DNA from: Pseudodesulfovibrio mercurii
GTDB lineage: Bacteria > Desulfobacterota > Desulfovibrionia > Desulfovibrionales > Desulfovibrionaceae
NCBI RefSeq assembly: GCF_000189295.2
Contig: NC_016803.1
Location: 2,970,001-3,002,000, forward strand
Length of the DNA: 32,000 nucleotides
Direction of reading: 5' to 3'
The notes under the pieces: generated by a model
The model's input: only the letters and a program-made list of their open reading frames with translations
What the model was told of the DNA's origin: nothing
The model's database searches: none
Program-made: the position numbers and the translations under genes
Shown here: positions 1-8,738 of the stretch, piece by piece
How the letters are laid out: every line of letters starts with the position of its first letter
Position numbering within the stretch: position 1 is the stretch's first letter

Positions 1-85
1 CGGCTTTCGCTGGTTGTGAGCGAATGTCTGCCGCCCAGACGCGCTCAAACCTGCGCTTCCGCCGCCGATTACCGCTCTTCGGGTG

Positions 86-204
86 TGGGGAGTGGGCCGG
101 GGTGGATGGCCGGGGTACGAAGAAGCGGGTTGCGGGAAGGTTGGCCGCGCATCCACATCGGGCTGGGGAGTGGGTCGGGGTGGATGGCCGGGTACGAAGA
201 AGGG
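86..204 (+). repeat. pair of ~41-44 nt direct repeats (86-129 and 164-204, 78-nt period) in non-coding DNA upstream of the YciI-like gene
   Basis: TGGGGAGTGGG(C/T)CGGGGTGGATGGCCGG(G)GTACGAAGAAG is read twice. The spacer carries CATCCAC (150-156), inverted relative to GTGGATG (102-108, 180-186). The GAGTGGGTC core is the reverse complement of GACCCACTC at 18897-18905 and 19062-19070. Confidence 0.6.
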
Positions 205-406
205 AGGGGAGCAGAGAAATGGTCGCGGTTGCGTGGTCGTACTTCGTTTCCTCTCACGGACCTTCGTGTCCCTTTCTCCCCTGCGACCAATGGAGCGATT
301 CGGGCAGGGCAGGGGTGGTTCGGCAGGGACTTTTTGCGCTGGCCTTCTCTTGTCGGCGACAGTACACTTCCGCTTGCTATTTCATCCGAAAACAGGGAAT
401 TGCCGC

Positions 407-697
407 ATGTTCATCCTGCTCCTCACCTACGTGAAGCCCCTCTCCGAGATCGACCGGCTCATTCCGCCGCATGTCGAATATCTTGAAAAGAATTATGCCG
501 CCGGGACGTTTCTGTTTTCCGGGCGGCGGGAACCGCGCACGGGTGGGGTGATCATCGCCCGTGCCGGATCGCGGGCCGAAGTGAAGGCGATCATTGCCGA
601 GGACCCCTTCCTGATCGAGGGAGCCGCCGAATACGAAATCGTGGAGTTCCACCCGAGCAAGACCGCCCCGGACCTGGACGCCTACCGTGAGCCCTAG
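407..697 (+). CDS. YciI-like family protein (96 aa)
   Basis: ATG at 407 has AGGGA about 8 nt upstream. The product MFILLLTYVKPLSEIDRLIPPHVEYL...GGVIIARA...DPF...AEYEIVEFHP fits the YciI-like pattern. The 83..697 ORF-track N-terminal extension lies in repeat DNA with non-coding character. Confidence 0.8.
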   Translation: MFILLLTYVKPLSEIDRLIPPHVEYLEKNYAAGTFLFSGRREPRTGGVIIARAGSRAEVKAIIAEDPFLIEGAAEYEIVEFHPSKTAPDLDAYREP

Positions 698-968
698 ACC
701 CGGAGCGCTTCGGGTGCCCCCGGCACCCGACAACGGTTCTTTGTCCCTCCAACCCGCACGCCTTCCCGCCTCCTGCCGCACCTCTTCCCCGCACCGTCAC
801 AGCCCTGGAGCGGGCGCGTAGAAGCCGACCGCGAAGGGGTGGCGGCTCTTGTTCCACCGAAGCTCGGTCTCCCTCAAAAGGGACCATCCCGCTCCGGGAG
901 TGGGTCTATACTTTTAATCAGATGGAGCCGCTCCGAGCGGATCGGATTCTTGCGCCCCCTCCCCGGGC

Positions 969-997
969 GGCCGCGTACCCCGCACGGCCCTTTTTTT
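969..997 (+). terminator. possible intrinsic terminator in the convergent YciI-like/ada spacer
   Basis: An imperfect stem GGCCGCG / CACGGCC (969-989) is followed by T7 (991-997). An A8 run at 1019-1026 supplies a T-run for the minus (ada) side. Confidence 0.35.
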
Positions 998-1055
998 CAT
1001 CTATTTTTTGGGGCCAGCAAAAAAAATGGACCCCGCCGGGAGGGCATGGAGCAAT

Positions 1056-1138
1056 GTGCGGGCGCAGCCCGCACGACGGCTCTCGCGCCGCAGGCGCGTT
1101 CTTCGGAGCGAGGGGCGCAGCCCCCGATGCGGCTCTTC
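1056..1138 (-). repeat. two copies of the small CTGCG-loop hairpin repeat (G module) in minus orientation
   Basis: The plus strand reads GTGCGGG-CGCAG-CCCGCAC-GACGGCTCTC (1056-1084) and GGGG-CGCAG-CCCC-CGATGCGGCTCTTCC (1112-1138). The reverse complements align with GAGAGCCGCTGTCGGGTGG-CTGCG-CCGCCCG at 18928-18958 and 19097-19127. Confidence 0.6.
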
Positions 1139-1172
1139 CCCAAGGCATGGGGCCAGCCTTCCCGGCCGCCTC

Positions 1173-2237
1173 TCATTCCTCATTTTGCTCATTGTCGAGC
1201 AACGCCCGCTTGCGCGGGATACCCCATCGGTATCCCGCCAACCGCCCCGACTTCCCCACCACGCGGTGGCAGGGAATAACCACGGCCAGGGGATTGGCGG
1301 CGCAGGCCGAAGCCACGGCGCGAACCGCGCCGGGGTTGTCCAGGGCCGCGGCGATGTCCGTGTAGGTCCGGGTTTCGCCTACGGGGATGCAGGCCAGCTC
1401 CTTCCAGACGCGGATCTGGAAGGCCGTGCCCCGGATGTCCAGGGGCAGGTCCAACCCGTGGTCCGGGCGGGCGATGAACGCGGCCACTTCGGCCAGGAGC
1501 GGGGCGAGGTCGGCCCGGGCGTCGCATAGGTCGGCCTCGGGAAAACGGTCGCGCAGGGCCCGGACCAGATCCTCGGGGGTGTCGCCGAGCTCGACGGCGC
1601 ACACGCCGAGGTCGGTGAACCCGGCCAGGACCGGGCCGAGGAAGGAGTCGGCCACGGCGTAGCGGATGGTCATCCCCCGGCCGCCCTTGCGGTAGGCGGC
1701 GGGGTTCATGCCCAGGGTCCGGCCCGCGCGCTCGTAGAACCGGCTGGCCGAGCCGAAGCCCGCGTCGAGGAGGGCGCGGGTCACGGACGAGCCGCTGCGC
1801 AGGGCGGAGCGGACGCGCTCGTCGCGCAGGGCCTGGGCGTACTCCTTGGGCGAGACGCCCGCGCGGCTCTTGAACAACCGCTGGAAATGGGTCGGGCTCA
1901 ACCCCGCGCCCCGCGCCAGGTCGTCCAGGGACGGCGCTTCGTCGCCCGCGTCCAGGGCCTGTTCCATGGCCCGACAGGCCCTGATGACGCGGTTTGAGGC
2001 CAGGTCGCGGTGGGCCGGGTCGTCCGGGCGGCAGCGCTTGCAGGCCCGGAAGCCCGCCTGCTCGGCCTGGGCCGGGGTGTCGAAGAACGCGACGTTTGCC
2101 GGGTTGGGCGAGCGCGACGGGCAGCCTGGACGGCAGTATATGCCGGTGGTGCGCACGGCGTAGACGAAATCCCCGGTCTGGTCGCGATTCAGGACGGCGG
2201 CGAGGCGGGCCTGGTGGCGGGTGTCTTCAGCGGTCAT
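1173..2237 (-). CDS. ada: bifunctional Ada: methylphosphotriester-DNA methyltransferase / AraC-type regulator / O6-methylguanine-DNA methyltransferase
   Basis: The N-terminal Zn-Cys Ada domain is CRPGCPS...CKRC. The middle carries an AraC HTH (LSPTHFQRLFK...GFGSASRFYE). The C-terminal MGMT active site is IPCHRVV. Confidence 0.9.
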   Translation of the reverse strand: MTAEDTRHQARLAAVLNRDQTGDFVYAVRTTGIYCRPGCPSRSPNPANVAFFDTPAQAEQAGFRACKRCRPDDPAHRDLASNRVIRACRAMEQALDAGDEAPSLDDLARGAGLSPTHFQRLFKSRAGVSPKEYAQALRDERVRSALRSGSSVTRALLDAGFGSASRFYERAGRTLGMNPAAYRKGGRGMTIRYAVADSFLGPVLAGFTDLGVCAVELGDTPEDLVRALRDRFPEADLCDARADLAPLLAEVAAFIARPDHGLDLPLDIRGTAFQIRVWKELACIPVGETRTYTDIAAALDNPGAVRAVASACAANPLAVVIPCHRVVGKSGRLAGYRWGIPRKRALLDNEQNEE

Positions 2238-2315
2238 GAGGGCAGACTACCCGGAGGGGCCGGGCAAAACCACCCGTTTCTTGCGGTCCAATCGGAGCGG
2301 AAGGGCGGACAACGG

Positions 2316-2346
2316 AAAAACCCGCCCATCCTCGCGGATGGGCGGG
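2316..2346 (-). terminator. rho-independent terminator after the LysM lipoprotein gene
   Basis: The minus strand reads CCCGCCCATC-CGCGAG-GATGGGCGGG (perfect 10-bp stem) followed by TTTTT. It lies 26 nt downstream of the stop at 2372. Confidence 0.75.
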
Positions 2347-2371
2347 TCTGTATGGCTGGTGAGGCTGGCCT

Positions 2372-2851
2372 TTAGAAGCTGTAGCCGAGCGCGGCGCGCA
2401 TCTCCGCGGGGATGACGGCGTCCTGACCGGGCTCAAGGGCCTTCCAGGGCGCGCCGGCCTGCTTGCGGGAAGCCTTCACTTCCTCGAGGTCAAAGCCGTA
2501 GCGGGGCACGTCGAACTGCTGGCCGGGGTAGATCAGATCGGGATTCTTGATCTTGTCGCGGTTGGCCTTGTAGATCAGGGGCCACATGAAGGGATCGTTG
2601 TACACGTGCTTGTACTCGGAAATCCACCACAGGCATTCGCCCTTGGTCACGGTATGGGTGACGGGCAGCGCGTCGTATTCGGCCTTGTACACGGCCATGG
2701 GATCAACCACCGGAGCCGGTGCGGGCTGCTCCTCGACGACGACTTCCTTTTCTTCGACCACAACCACTTCGGGTTCGGTCTGGACTTTCTTGGAACAGCC
2801 CCAGGCGAACACGACGCACAGGGCGATTACCAGTAAAATCAGCTTTTTCAT
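2372..2851 (-). CDS. LysM-domain lipoprotein
   Basis: I chose the ATG at 2851 (MKKLILLVIALCVVFAWGC, lipobox AWGC) because GAGGAGG lies 6 nt upstream. The C-terminal LysM motif is HTVTKGECLWWIS...IYPGQQFDVP. Confidence 0.85.
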   Translation of the reverse strand: MKKLILLVIALCVVFAWGCSKKVQTEPEVVVVEEKEVVVEEQPAPAPVVDPMAVYKAEYDALPVTHTVTKGECLWWISEYKHVYNDPFMWPLIYKANRDKIKNPDLIYPGQQFDVPRYGFDLEEVKASRKQAGAPWKALEPGQDAVIPAEMRAALGYSF

Positions 2852-2903
2852 TGAAGGCCTCCTCATATGAATCACGGTTCACAATCCCCGGCGAAAGGCC
2901 GGG

Positions 2904-3674
2904 TCATGTATTTGTTGTATCAGACCAATTATCAATAATTTTCTTTTCTTGCAACACCATTTTGCTGGTCGGATTCTCGCGGACGGCCTCCTCCACGGCC
3001 TGCGCCGCCTCCTCCACCCAGCCGCCGAGGCGCAGGGATTGGCTGGCCAGGATGTACATGCGCTCGGGCTCGTGCCCGTAGATGGCGAAGATCAGGCCGT
3101 CGTACTCGCCGGTGAACACGGACCGGACCAGTCCGTTCTGGGAGAAGATGTAGCGCGCCAGCAGCACGTTGTCGCTGTAGCGGTGCAGGTAGTAGGGCAG
3201 CAGCTGGCGGCACTTGGCGATGATGAACCGGATGCGGTCGATCTCGCGGCGCATGGACTCCTCGGTCTGGTTCAGGACCTGGAAGAGCTGCTGGGTGACG
3301 TCCTTTTCCGAGGTGTTCAGGTCGCCCTCGTAGAGGCGGTGGAACCAGGGCGCGTAGTTCTGCTTCTGGTAGGCGTCCTCCTTGAGCTTCAGGGTCTCGT
3401 GGAAGATGTAGCCCAGCGCCCAGTCCAGGAACTGCCCGCCCAGCTGGGCGTGGGGGTCGTTGCGGAAGACGTGGTGCGCCGTGTCCTTCATGCGCCACAA
3501 GAGCCCCTTGTTCATCTCGGTGCCGACCAGGTCCTTGAGCACGTCGAACTCGACCGTGCCGTCCTCGTCGAAGCGGACGAACTGCATCTCCAGCTGGTCG
3601 CACGCCTGGCAGAAGAACTTGAACAGGTCCCGGACGAATTCCGAGTGCTTGGCCTGTATCCATGCTTTCGACAT
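2904..3674 (-). CDS. hypothetical cytoplasmic protein (256 aa) co-transcribed with the histidine kinase
   Basis: ATG at 3674 (MSKAWIQAKHSEF...) has GGAGA upstream and sits 26 nt after the kinase stop. The ORF-track extension to 4076 overlaps the kinase gene in another frame. Codon usage is GC3-rich except for an AT-rich last ~20 codons. I recognise no family. Confidence 0.7.
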   Translation of the reverse strand: MSKAWIQAKHSEFVRDLFKFFCQACDQLEMQFVRFDEDGTVEFDVLKDLVGTEMNKGLLWRMKDTAHHVFRNDPHAQLGGQFLDWALGYIFHETLKLKEDAYQKQNYAPWFHRLYEGDLNTSEKDVTQQLFQVLNQTEESMRREIDRIRFIIAKCRQLLPYYLHRYSDNVLLARYIFSQNGLVRSVFTGEYDGLIFAIYGHEPERMYILASQSLRLGGWVEEAAQAVEEAVRENPTSKMVLQEKKIIDNWSDTTNT

Positions 3675-3700
3675 GCTGTCTGTCTCCGTGGGTTGCGGGC

Positions 3701-5122
3701 CTAGGCGGGGAAGATGACGTCCACCCGCGCGCCGCCCTCTTCGGCGTTGCTCAGGGCCATCTCCGCGCCGTGGCTCTCGAAGATGGTCGAGACCAGGGCC
3801 AGCCCCAGGCCGGTCCCGGTGTCCTTGGTGGTGAAGAACGGGTCGCGCACCCGGTCCAGGTTTTCCGGGGCGAAGCCCGGCCCGCTGTCCATGATGGTCA
3901 CGTGCAGCCCCTTTTCGCCCCGGGCCGCGCTGATGGACAGCTCGCCCGGTCCGTTCATGGCCTGGAGCGCGTTGGCCACCAGGTTGTAGAAGGCGCGGTA
4001 GAGCAGGTCCTTGTCGCCCTTGGTGGTCAGGTCGCCGTCGAAGTCGCGGTCCACGGTCACGCCGAGCTTCTCGCACTCGGGCTCCATGAAGACGGCCACC
4101 TGATCGAGGATGGACCGGATGTCCACGTCGTGCATGGCCGGTTTCTTGGGCCGGGCGTAGTCCAGGAACTCCGTGACCGTGCGCGACAGCCGCTTGGCCT
4201 CCTCGTGCAGGGCCTCGAGGATACGCACGTTGGAGCTGTTCTCCTTGCGCGCCTTCTTGAGGACCAGCTCGGAACTGGAGCAGATGATCCCCAGCGGGTT
4301 GCGGATCTCGTGGGCCACGCCCGCGACCATGCGCCCCATGCCCGCCAGCTTCTCCTGTTGCTGCAACTCGAAGATGAGCCGCTCCTTCTCGCGCAGCTGC
4401 CGGTTGGAGAGCCGCTCGGCCCGGCGCAGCACGGTCAGGACCAGGAAGAAGAGGACCAGGGAGGTGACCAGGGAAAAGGCGATGATCAGCCGTTCGAAGT
4501 TGAGGGTGGCCAGGTAGTCGGCGGTGATGTCCTGCTGGAACTCCAGGATGCCCATGATCGGGTTGGACTCGATGTCGGTCAGGCTGCGCTCGACCCGCAG
4601 GGGGTAGTAGGCGCGCAGGACCATGGAGTCGGGGTCGAGGCTGACCCGGAACAGGGAGGCGACCTTGGAGACCTTGGACAGAATCTCCGCGCTGAAGGCC
4701 TCGCTCTCCCAGGTCTTGCCGACCATGTAGTCGGCGTTGCCGTCGCTGCCGACCTCGTCCTTGTTCAGGGAATAGGTGATGTTGCCCTCGCGGTCGTAGA
4801 TGCGCAGGGTGGACACGTGGAAGCTGTGGATGGTCGAGCGGACCACCTTGTCCATGGCGCCCGCCTGGTCCTCGTTGCGCAGCCGGATGGCCCCGAACTT
4901 CAGCACCGTGGGGATGACGAAGCGGGTGAACAGCTGGTGGCTGACGTTCTCGGCCAGGAGCAGGGCGAAGGCCTCCTGCTTCTCGAGCAGGGTCTGCTCC
5001 GCATATTTGGAGATGAAGAGCGACAACAGCAGGCTGAAGCTCAGGATGATGACCAGCAGGGTCCAGGAAATGACCCGGACGAACTGGAGCGGGCTGCTGC
5101 CTTCCTCATGATTGTTTTGCAA
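3701..5122 (-). CDS. membrane sensor histidine kinase (two TM segments flanking a ~170-aa extracytoplasmic domain, HisKA + HATPase_c)
   Basis: The H-box is VAHEIRNPL and the G-boxes are DSGPGF and GTGLGLALV. TM1 is ISWTLLVIILSFSLLLSLFI and TM2 is LIIAFSLVTSLVLFFLVLTVL. The only in-frame start is TTG at 5122, 4 nt after the pgi stop. Confidence 0.88.
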   Translation of the reverse strand: MQNNHEEGSSPLQFVRVISWTLLVIILSFSLLLSLFISKYAEQTLLEKQEAFALLLAENVSHQLFTRFVIPTVLKFGAIRLRNEDQAGAMDKVVRSTIHSFHVSTLRIYDREGNITYSLNKDEVGSDGNADYMVGKTWESEAFSAEILSKVSKVASLFRVSLDPDSMVLRAYYPLRVERSLTDIESNPIMGILEFQQDITADYLATLNFERLIIAFSLVTSLVLFFLVLTVLRRAERLSNRQLREKERLIFELQQQEKLAGMGRMVAGVAHEIRNPLGIICSSSELVLKKARKENSSNVRILEALHEEAKRLSRTVTEFLDYARPKKPAMHDVDIRSILDQVAVFMEPECEKLGVTVDRDFDGDLTTKGDKDLLYRAFYNLVANALQAMNGPGELSISAARGEKGLHVTIMDSGPGFAPENLDRVRDPFFTTKDTGTGLGLALVSTIFESHGAEMALSNAEEGGARVDVIFPA

Positions 5123-5126
5123 CGAC

Positions 5127-6467
5127 TCAGAACTCCCGTTCGTCTCTGTTTGCGTTCAGGAAGGCGGCCAGGTGCGCCTTCTCCTCGGCGAGCCCGTCCG
5201 CGTCCATGCGCGCCTTGGCCAGCCGCTTGCCCAGCTCCACGGCGGGCTGGTCCAGGGGGTTGATGCCCATGAGCCAGCCGGTCAGGATGGTGGCCGCGCC
5301 GAGCAGGCCGATGAGCTTGCCCGCCTGCCGGGGACCGTCCGCGCCCATGCGGATCTCCACCAGGGGCACGCCGCTCCTGGACAGGGCCATGCGCGTGCCC
5401 AGTCCCTCGGCCCGGATCAGCTCGCCGAAGGGCTTGCCCCGGACGTAGGCGAACTGGTCGGGCAGGTCCTCGGGGAAGTCCGGCCCGTCGGGCAGGGACG
5501 GGCAGGTCAGGAAGAGGCACGCCTTGTTGCGCACGCCGTCCATGAACATCTGGTTGACCGAGTGCTGGTCGGTCACGCCCACGGCGGGCACGGGCTGGCT
5601 GCCCTTGCCCTCCTTGCCCAGGGACTCGGCCCAGAGCTGGGCGAACCAGTCCCCGAAGCTGGCCCACAAGGGGATATAGGCGAAAAAGATCATCTCCGTA
5701 AAGCCTTTGTCCATGAGGGCCGCGCCCCAGGCGGCCAGGCGGAAGGCCTGTGTCCCGGCCAGGGTCTCGCCGCTCAATGCCGGGTCGGCCAGGACGTCGG
5801 CCACCTCGCGCGCCCCGGCCAGGAGCGCGTCGATGTCCATGCTTAGGAACAGGGCCGGGATGAGGCCCACGGCCGAGAGCACGGAGTAGCGTCCGCCGAG
5901 GTTGTCGGGCACGGGCAGGGCCTTGATGCCGTAGGCGTCGGCCTCGCCGCGCAGGAATCCCTTTTCCGCGTCCGTGACCAGGAGCATGTTGTCGGCCCAG
6001 GCGTCGCCCAGCCGCTCCTTCATCCACTCCTTGATGATGAAATACTGGCCCACGGTCTCGATGGTCCCGCCTGATTTGGACACCGTGACCACAACGGTCT
6101 TTTCGGGCGGCAGACTGTCCATGTAGGCGGTCAGGGCGTAGGCGTCCACGTTGTCCGCGATCCACAGGCTTTTGCCCCGGTGGCCGGGCCGGTCCTGGGA
6201 GGGGTGGAAGGCCTTTTGCAGGGCCCGCGCGCCCAGGGCCGAGCCGCCGATGCCGAGCAGGAGCATGTGCTCGAACCGGTCGAGGTACCCCTCAAGATCG
6301 GCCAGCTGCTTCTTCAGCGCCGCCTCGTAGGGCATGGTCAGGAAGGGCAGCCTGCCCGCGCCGGTCTCCTCGCGCAGCCGCGCGGCCATGGTTTCGGCCC
6401 GGGCCGCGTAGGCCGCCATATCCAGTGTATCGAGGTCCGCGTTGGTCCAGTCGAGAATGTCGCTCAT
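5127..6467 (-). CDS. pgi: glucose-6-phosphate isomerase (short bacterial type)
   Basis: The SIS-domain motif is LLLGIGGSALGARAL, with VTVSKSGGTIET also present. The ATG at 6467 (MSDILDW...) is preceded by GGAGGA. The ORF-track extension to 6569 lacks an SD. Confidence 0.9.
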   Translation of the reverse strand: MSDILDWTNADLDTLDMAAYAARAETMAARLREETGAGRLPFLTMPYEAALKKQLADLEGYLDRFEHMLLLGIGGSALGARALQKAFHPSQDRPGHRGKSLWIADNVDAYALTAYMDSLPPEKTVVVTVSKSGGTIETVGQYFIIKEWMKERLGDAWADNMLLVTDAEKGFLRGEADAYGIKALPVPDNLGGRYSVLSAVGLIPALFLSMDIDALLAGAREVADVLADPALSGETLAGTQAFRLAAWGAALMDKGFTEMIFFAYIPLWASFGDWFAQLWAESLGKEGKGSQPVPAVGVTDQHSVNQMFMDGVRNKACLFLTCPSLPDGPDFPEDLPDQFAYVRGKPFGELIRAEGLGTRMALSRSGVPLVEIRMGADGPRQAGKLIGLLGAATILTGWLMGINPLDQPAVELGKRLAKARMDADGLAEEKAHLAAFLNANRDEREF

Positions 6468-6597
6468 GTCTTCCTCCGCATTGAGGTCGCTGTTCGCCGA
6501 TGCGCGGGCGCGCCCCGTCGCGCGTCCGCCGACCGCATCCATACGGCACGGTCTGGCCGAAGGTACCACTATTTCGGTGAAAATGTCATGGGGTCGG

Positions 6598-7920
6598 CTA
6601 CCGCTTGCCGAAGAGCAGCCGTTGCAGGTCGGCCAGGGTCGGGGCCGTGCCCGAGTGGCAGACCGGGCCGTGGCCCAGCCGCGCGGCCTGCTTCAGGCGC
6701 ACGTCGTGGGCGGCCACCGGGCGCACCTGGCCGTTCAGGTCGATCTCGCCCCAGTAGACCGAGGCCTCGGGCAACGGCTGGTCGTAGAACGAGGACATGA
6801 CCGCGGCCACCACGGCCAGGTCCAGGCCGGGGTCGCGCGAGGCCAGCCCGCCGGTGATCTTGGCGTAGATGTCGTGGCCGCTCAGGTTCAGGCGCAGCCG
6901 TTTTTCGAGCACGGCCAGGAGCAGGTTCAGGCGGTTGGTGTCGAAGCCGAGCGCCGTGCGCCTGGGGATGGTCAGGAAGGACTTGGAGACCAGGGCCTGG
7001 ACCTCCACGGCGAAGGGCCGCTGCCCATCCACGGCCAGTGCCATGGCCGTGCCCGACAGGGACGGGTCCCGCGCCCCCAGGAAGAAGGTCGCCGGGTCCT
7101 CGACCACCTCAAGCCCCTGCTCCTTCATGGTGAAGACGATGAGCTCGTCGCTCGGCCCGAAACGGTTCTTGAGCACGCGCAGGATGCGCGAGAAATGCTT
7201 GCGGTCGCCCTCCAGGTACAGGACCGTGTCGACCATGTGCTCGAGGAGCTTGGGCCCGGCGATCTGGCCGTCCTTGGTCACGTGGCCCACCAGGATCAGG
7301 GTGGTCCCGCACTTCTTGGTCTTCTCCACCAGCTCGCTCGACACGGCGCGCACCTGGCTGACCGAGCCGGGGATGCCCTCGGCCAGCGGCGAGGCCAGGG
7401 TCTGGACCGAGTCCACGATGAGCAGTTCCGGCGGGTTCGGCCCTTCGAGCACGGCCAGGCCGTCCTCGACCTTGTTGGTGGCCATGGCCAGCAGCCCCGG
7501 CCCGAGCAGGCCGAGGCGGTCCGCCCTGGCCTTGAGCTGGGGCAGGGATTCCTCGCCCGACAGGTAGACCGCCGTGTGCCCCAGGCGCGCCTGGCTGCCC
7601 GCCAGCTGGAGGAGCAGGGTGGACTTGCCGATGCCGGGTTCGCCGCCGAGCAGGATGGCCGCGCCCGGCACCAGCCCCTCGCCGAGGAGGTGGTCCAGGG
7701 AGGGCAGCCCGGAGGTCCGAGCCCCGAGGTGCTCGCTTTCGAGGTCCTCCAGGACCTGGGGCGTTGCCTGGGACGCGGCCGCGCCCACCGGACGCGAGTC
7801 CCGCCTGGTCACGGTCACGGCCTCGAGCGTGTTCCATTCCTTGCACGACGGGCACTGGCCCTGCCAGCGGGGGGACTGCGCGCCGCAGGCGGCGCAACGG
7901 TAGGTTTCCTTGGTTTTCAT
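6598..7920 (-). CDS. radA: DNA repair protein RadA/Sms
   Basis: The product starts MKTKETYRCAACGAQSPRWQGQCPSCKEWNT (zinc finger). Walker A is GGEPGIGKST, and the KNRFG motif (LKNRFGP) and a Lon-like C-terminal domain are present. Confidence 0.95.
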   Translation of the reverse strand: MKTKETYRCAACGAQSPRWQGQCPSCKEWNTLEAVTVTRRDSRPVGAAASQATPQVLEDLESEHLGARTSGLPSLDHLLGEGLVPGAAILLGGEPGIGKSTLLLQLAGSQARLGHTAVYLSGEESLPQLKARADRLGLLGPGLLAMATNKVEDGLAVLEGPNPPELLIVDSVQTLASPLAEGIPGSVSQVRAVSSELVEKTKKCGTTLILVGHVTKDGQIAGPKLLEHMVDTVLYLEGDRKHFSRILRVLKNRFGPSDELIVFTMKEQGLEVVEDPATFFLGARDPSLSGTAMALAVDGQRPFAVEVQALVSKSFLTIPRRTALGFDTNRLNLLLAVLEKRLRLNLSGHDIYAKITGGLASRDPGLDLAVVAAVMSSFYDQPLPEASVYWGEIDLNGQVRPVAAHDVRLKQAARLGHGPVCHSGTAPTLADLQRLLFGKR

Positions 7921-8042
7921 GGTCGCGAGTATCCCGTCATTTGCGCCCAAAAGTCCAGTCCCCCGGAGGGCGCGGCGGGCAATTAATCCGTTGACGGCGG
8001 ACGGGCCGGACTGTAACTCCACCGGACGGCGGATCGACTGAC

Positions 8043-8738
8043 ATGGACGATAGACGACAATCCCTTCTGGCCGGGGCGCGCGACTCCATCCCCATTCTCC
8101 TGGGCATGCTTCCCTTCGGGCTCATCTGCGGCGCGGTCAGCGCGGGCGCGGGCATGTCCCTGTGGGGGGCGCTCGGCTTCACCTGGGCCATCAACGCGGG
8201 GGCCAGCCAGCTGGCCGCGGTCCAGCTCATGACCCACCACGCCTCCCTGGTCGTGGTCGTGCTCACCGGGCTGATCATCAACCTGCGCTTTTTCATGTAC
8301 TCGGCCTCCATCGCCCCGCACCTCAAGACCATGCCCCTGCCCGGCCGGGCCCTGCTCGGCTTCATCCTCTCGGACCAGGCCTATGCCCTGTCCATCGCCC
8401 GCTACGCCCGGCAGGACGCGGAGCCCGTGAACAAGCCGTACTATTTCCTCGGCGCGGGCCTGGCCGTGTGGGGCTCCTATTCCGTGGGCGCGGTTCTCGG
8501 GGCGACCGCGGGCGCGGTCATTCCGCCCGCCTGGGACCTGGGTTTCGCCGTGCCCCTGACCTTTATCGCCGTGGTCGTGCCCGCCATCAGGGACCGGCCC
8601 ACGGCCCTGGCCGCCCTGGCCGCCGGAACGGTGGCCTATTTCGCCGACGGACTGCCCTATAACCTCGGGCTCATGGCCGGGGCCGTGACCGGCATCCTGA
8701 TCGGCTACCTGGCCGAACGGAGGCTCGCCCGTGCGTGA
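8043..8738 (+). CDS. azlC: AzlC-family branched-chain amino acid exporter subunit
   Basis: This is a polytopic membrane protein whose N-terminus (AGARDSIPILLGMLPFGLICGAV) is typical of AzlC. It overlaps the downstream azlD-like gene by 8 nt. Confidence 0.8.
   Translation: MDDRRQSLLAGARDSIPILLGMLPFGLICGAVSAGAGMSLWGALGFTWAINAGASQLAAVQLMTHHASLVVVVLTGLIINLRFFMYSASIAPHLKTMPLPGRALLGFILSDQAYALSIARYARQDAEPVNKPYYFLGAGLAVWGSYSVGAVLGATAGAVIPPAWDLGFAVPLTFIAVVVPAIRDRPTALAALAAGTVAYFADGLPYNLGLMAGAVTGILIGYLAERRLARA

Noticed and set aside
1-406. Possible partial CDS running off the left edge. Two minus-strand frames and one plus frame are open here.
   Set aside because: Hand translation gives Pro/Arg/Gly-rich strings with no motif, and the region consists largely of repeats. 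I cannot exclude a gene end within the first few dozen nucleotides.
2281-2293. Ada-box-like sequence GATTGGACCGCAA (minus strand) upstream of ada.
   Set aside because: It has one mismatch to the AAT-N6-GCAA pattern I remember. It also lies only about 45 nt from the start codon, which fits poorly with an activator site upstream of a -35 element, so it may be chance.
3662-5263. Very long ORFs antisense to real genes. Examples are 3662-5263 (+), 6442-7986 (+), 10252-12003 (+), 25752-27443 (+), 29011-30651 (-), 5041-6165 (-) and 9162-10271 (-).
   Set aside because: They are typical stop-codon-poor antisense or shifted frames of a high-GC genome. Their products are Arg/Gly/Pro/Ala-rich low-complexity strings without motifs, and each overlaps a gene with clear family signatures in another frame.
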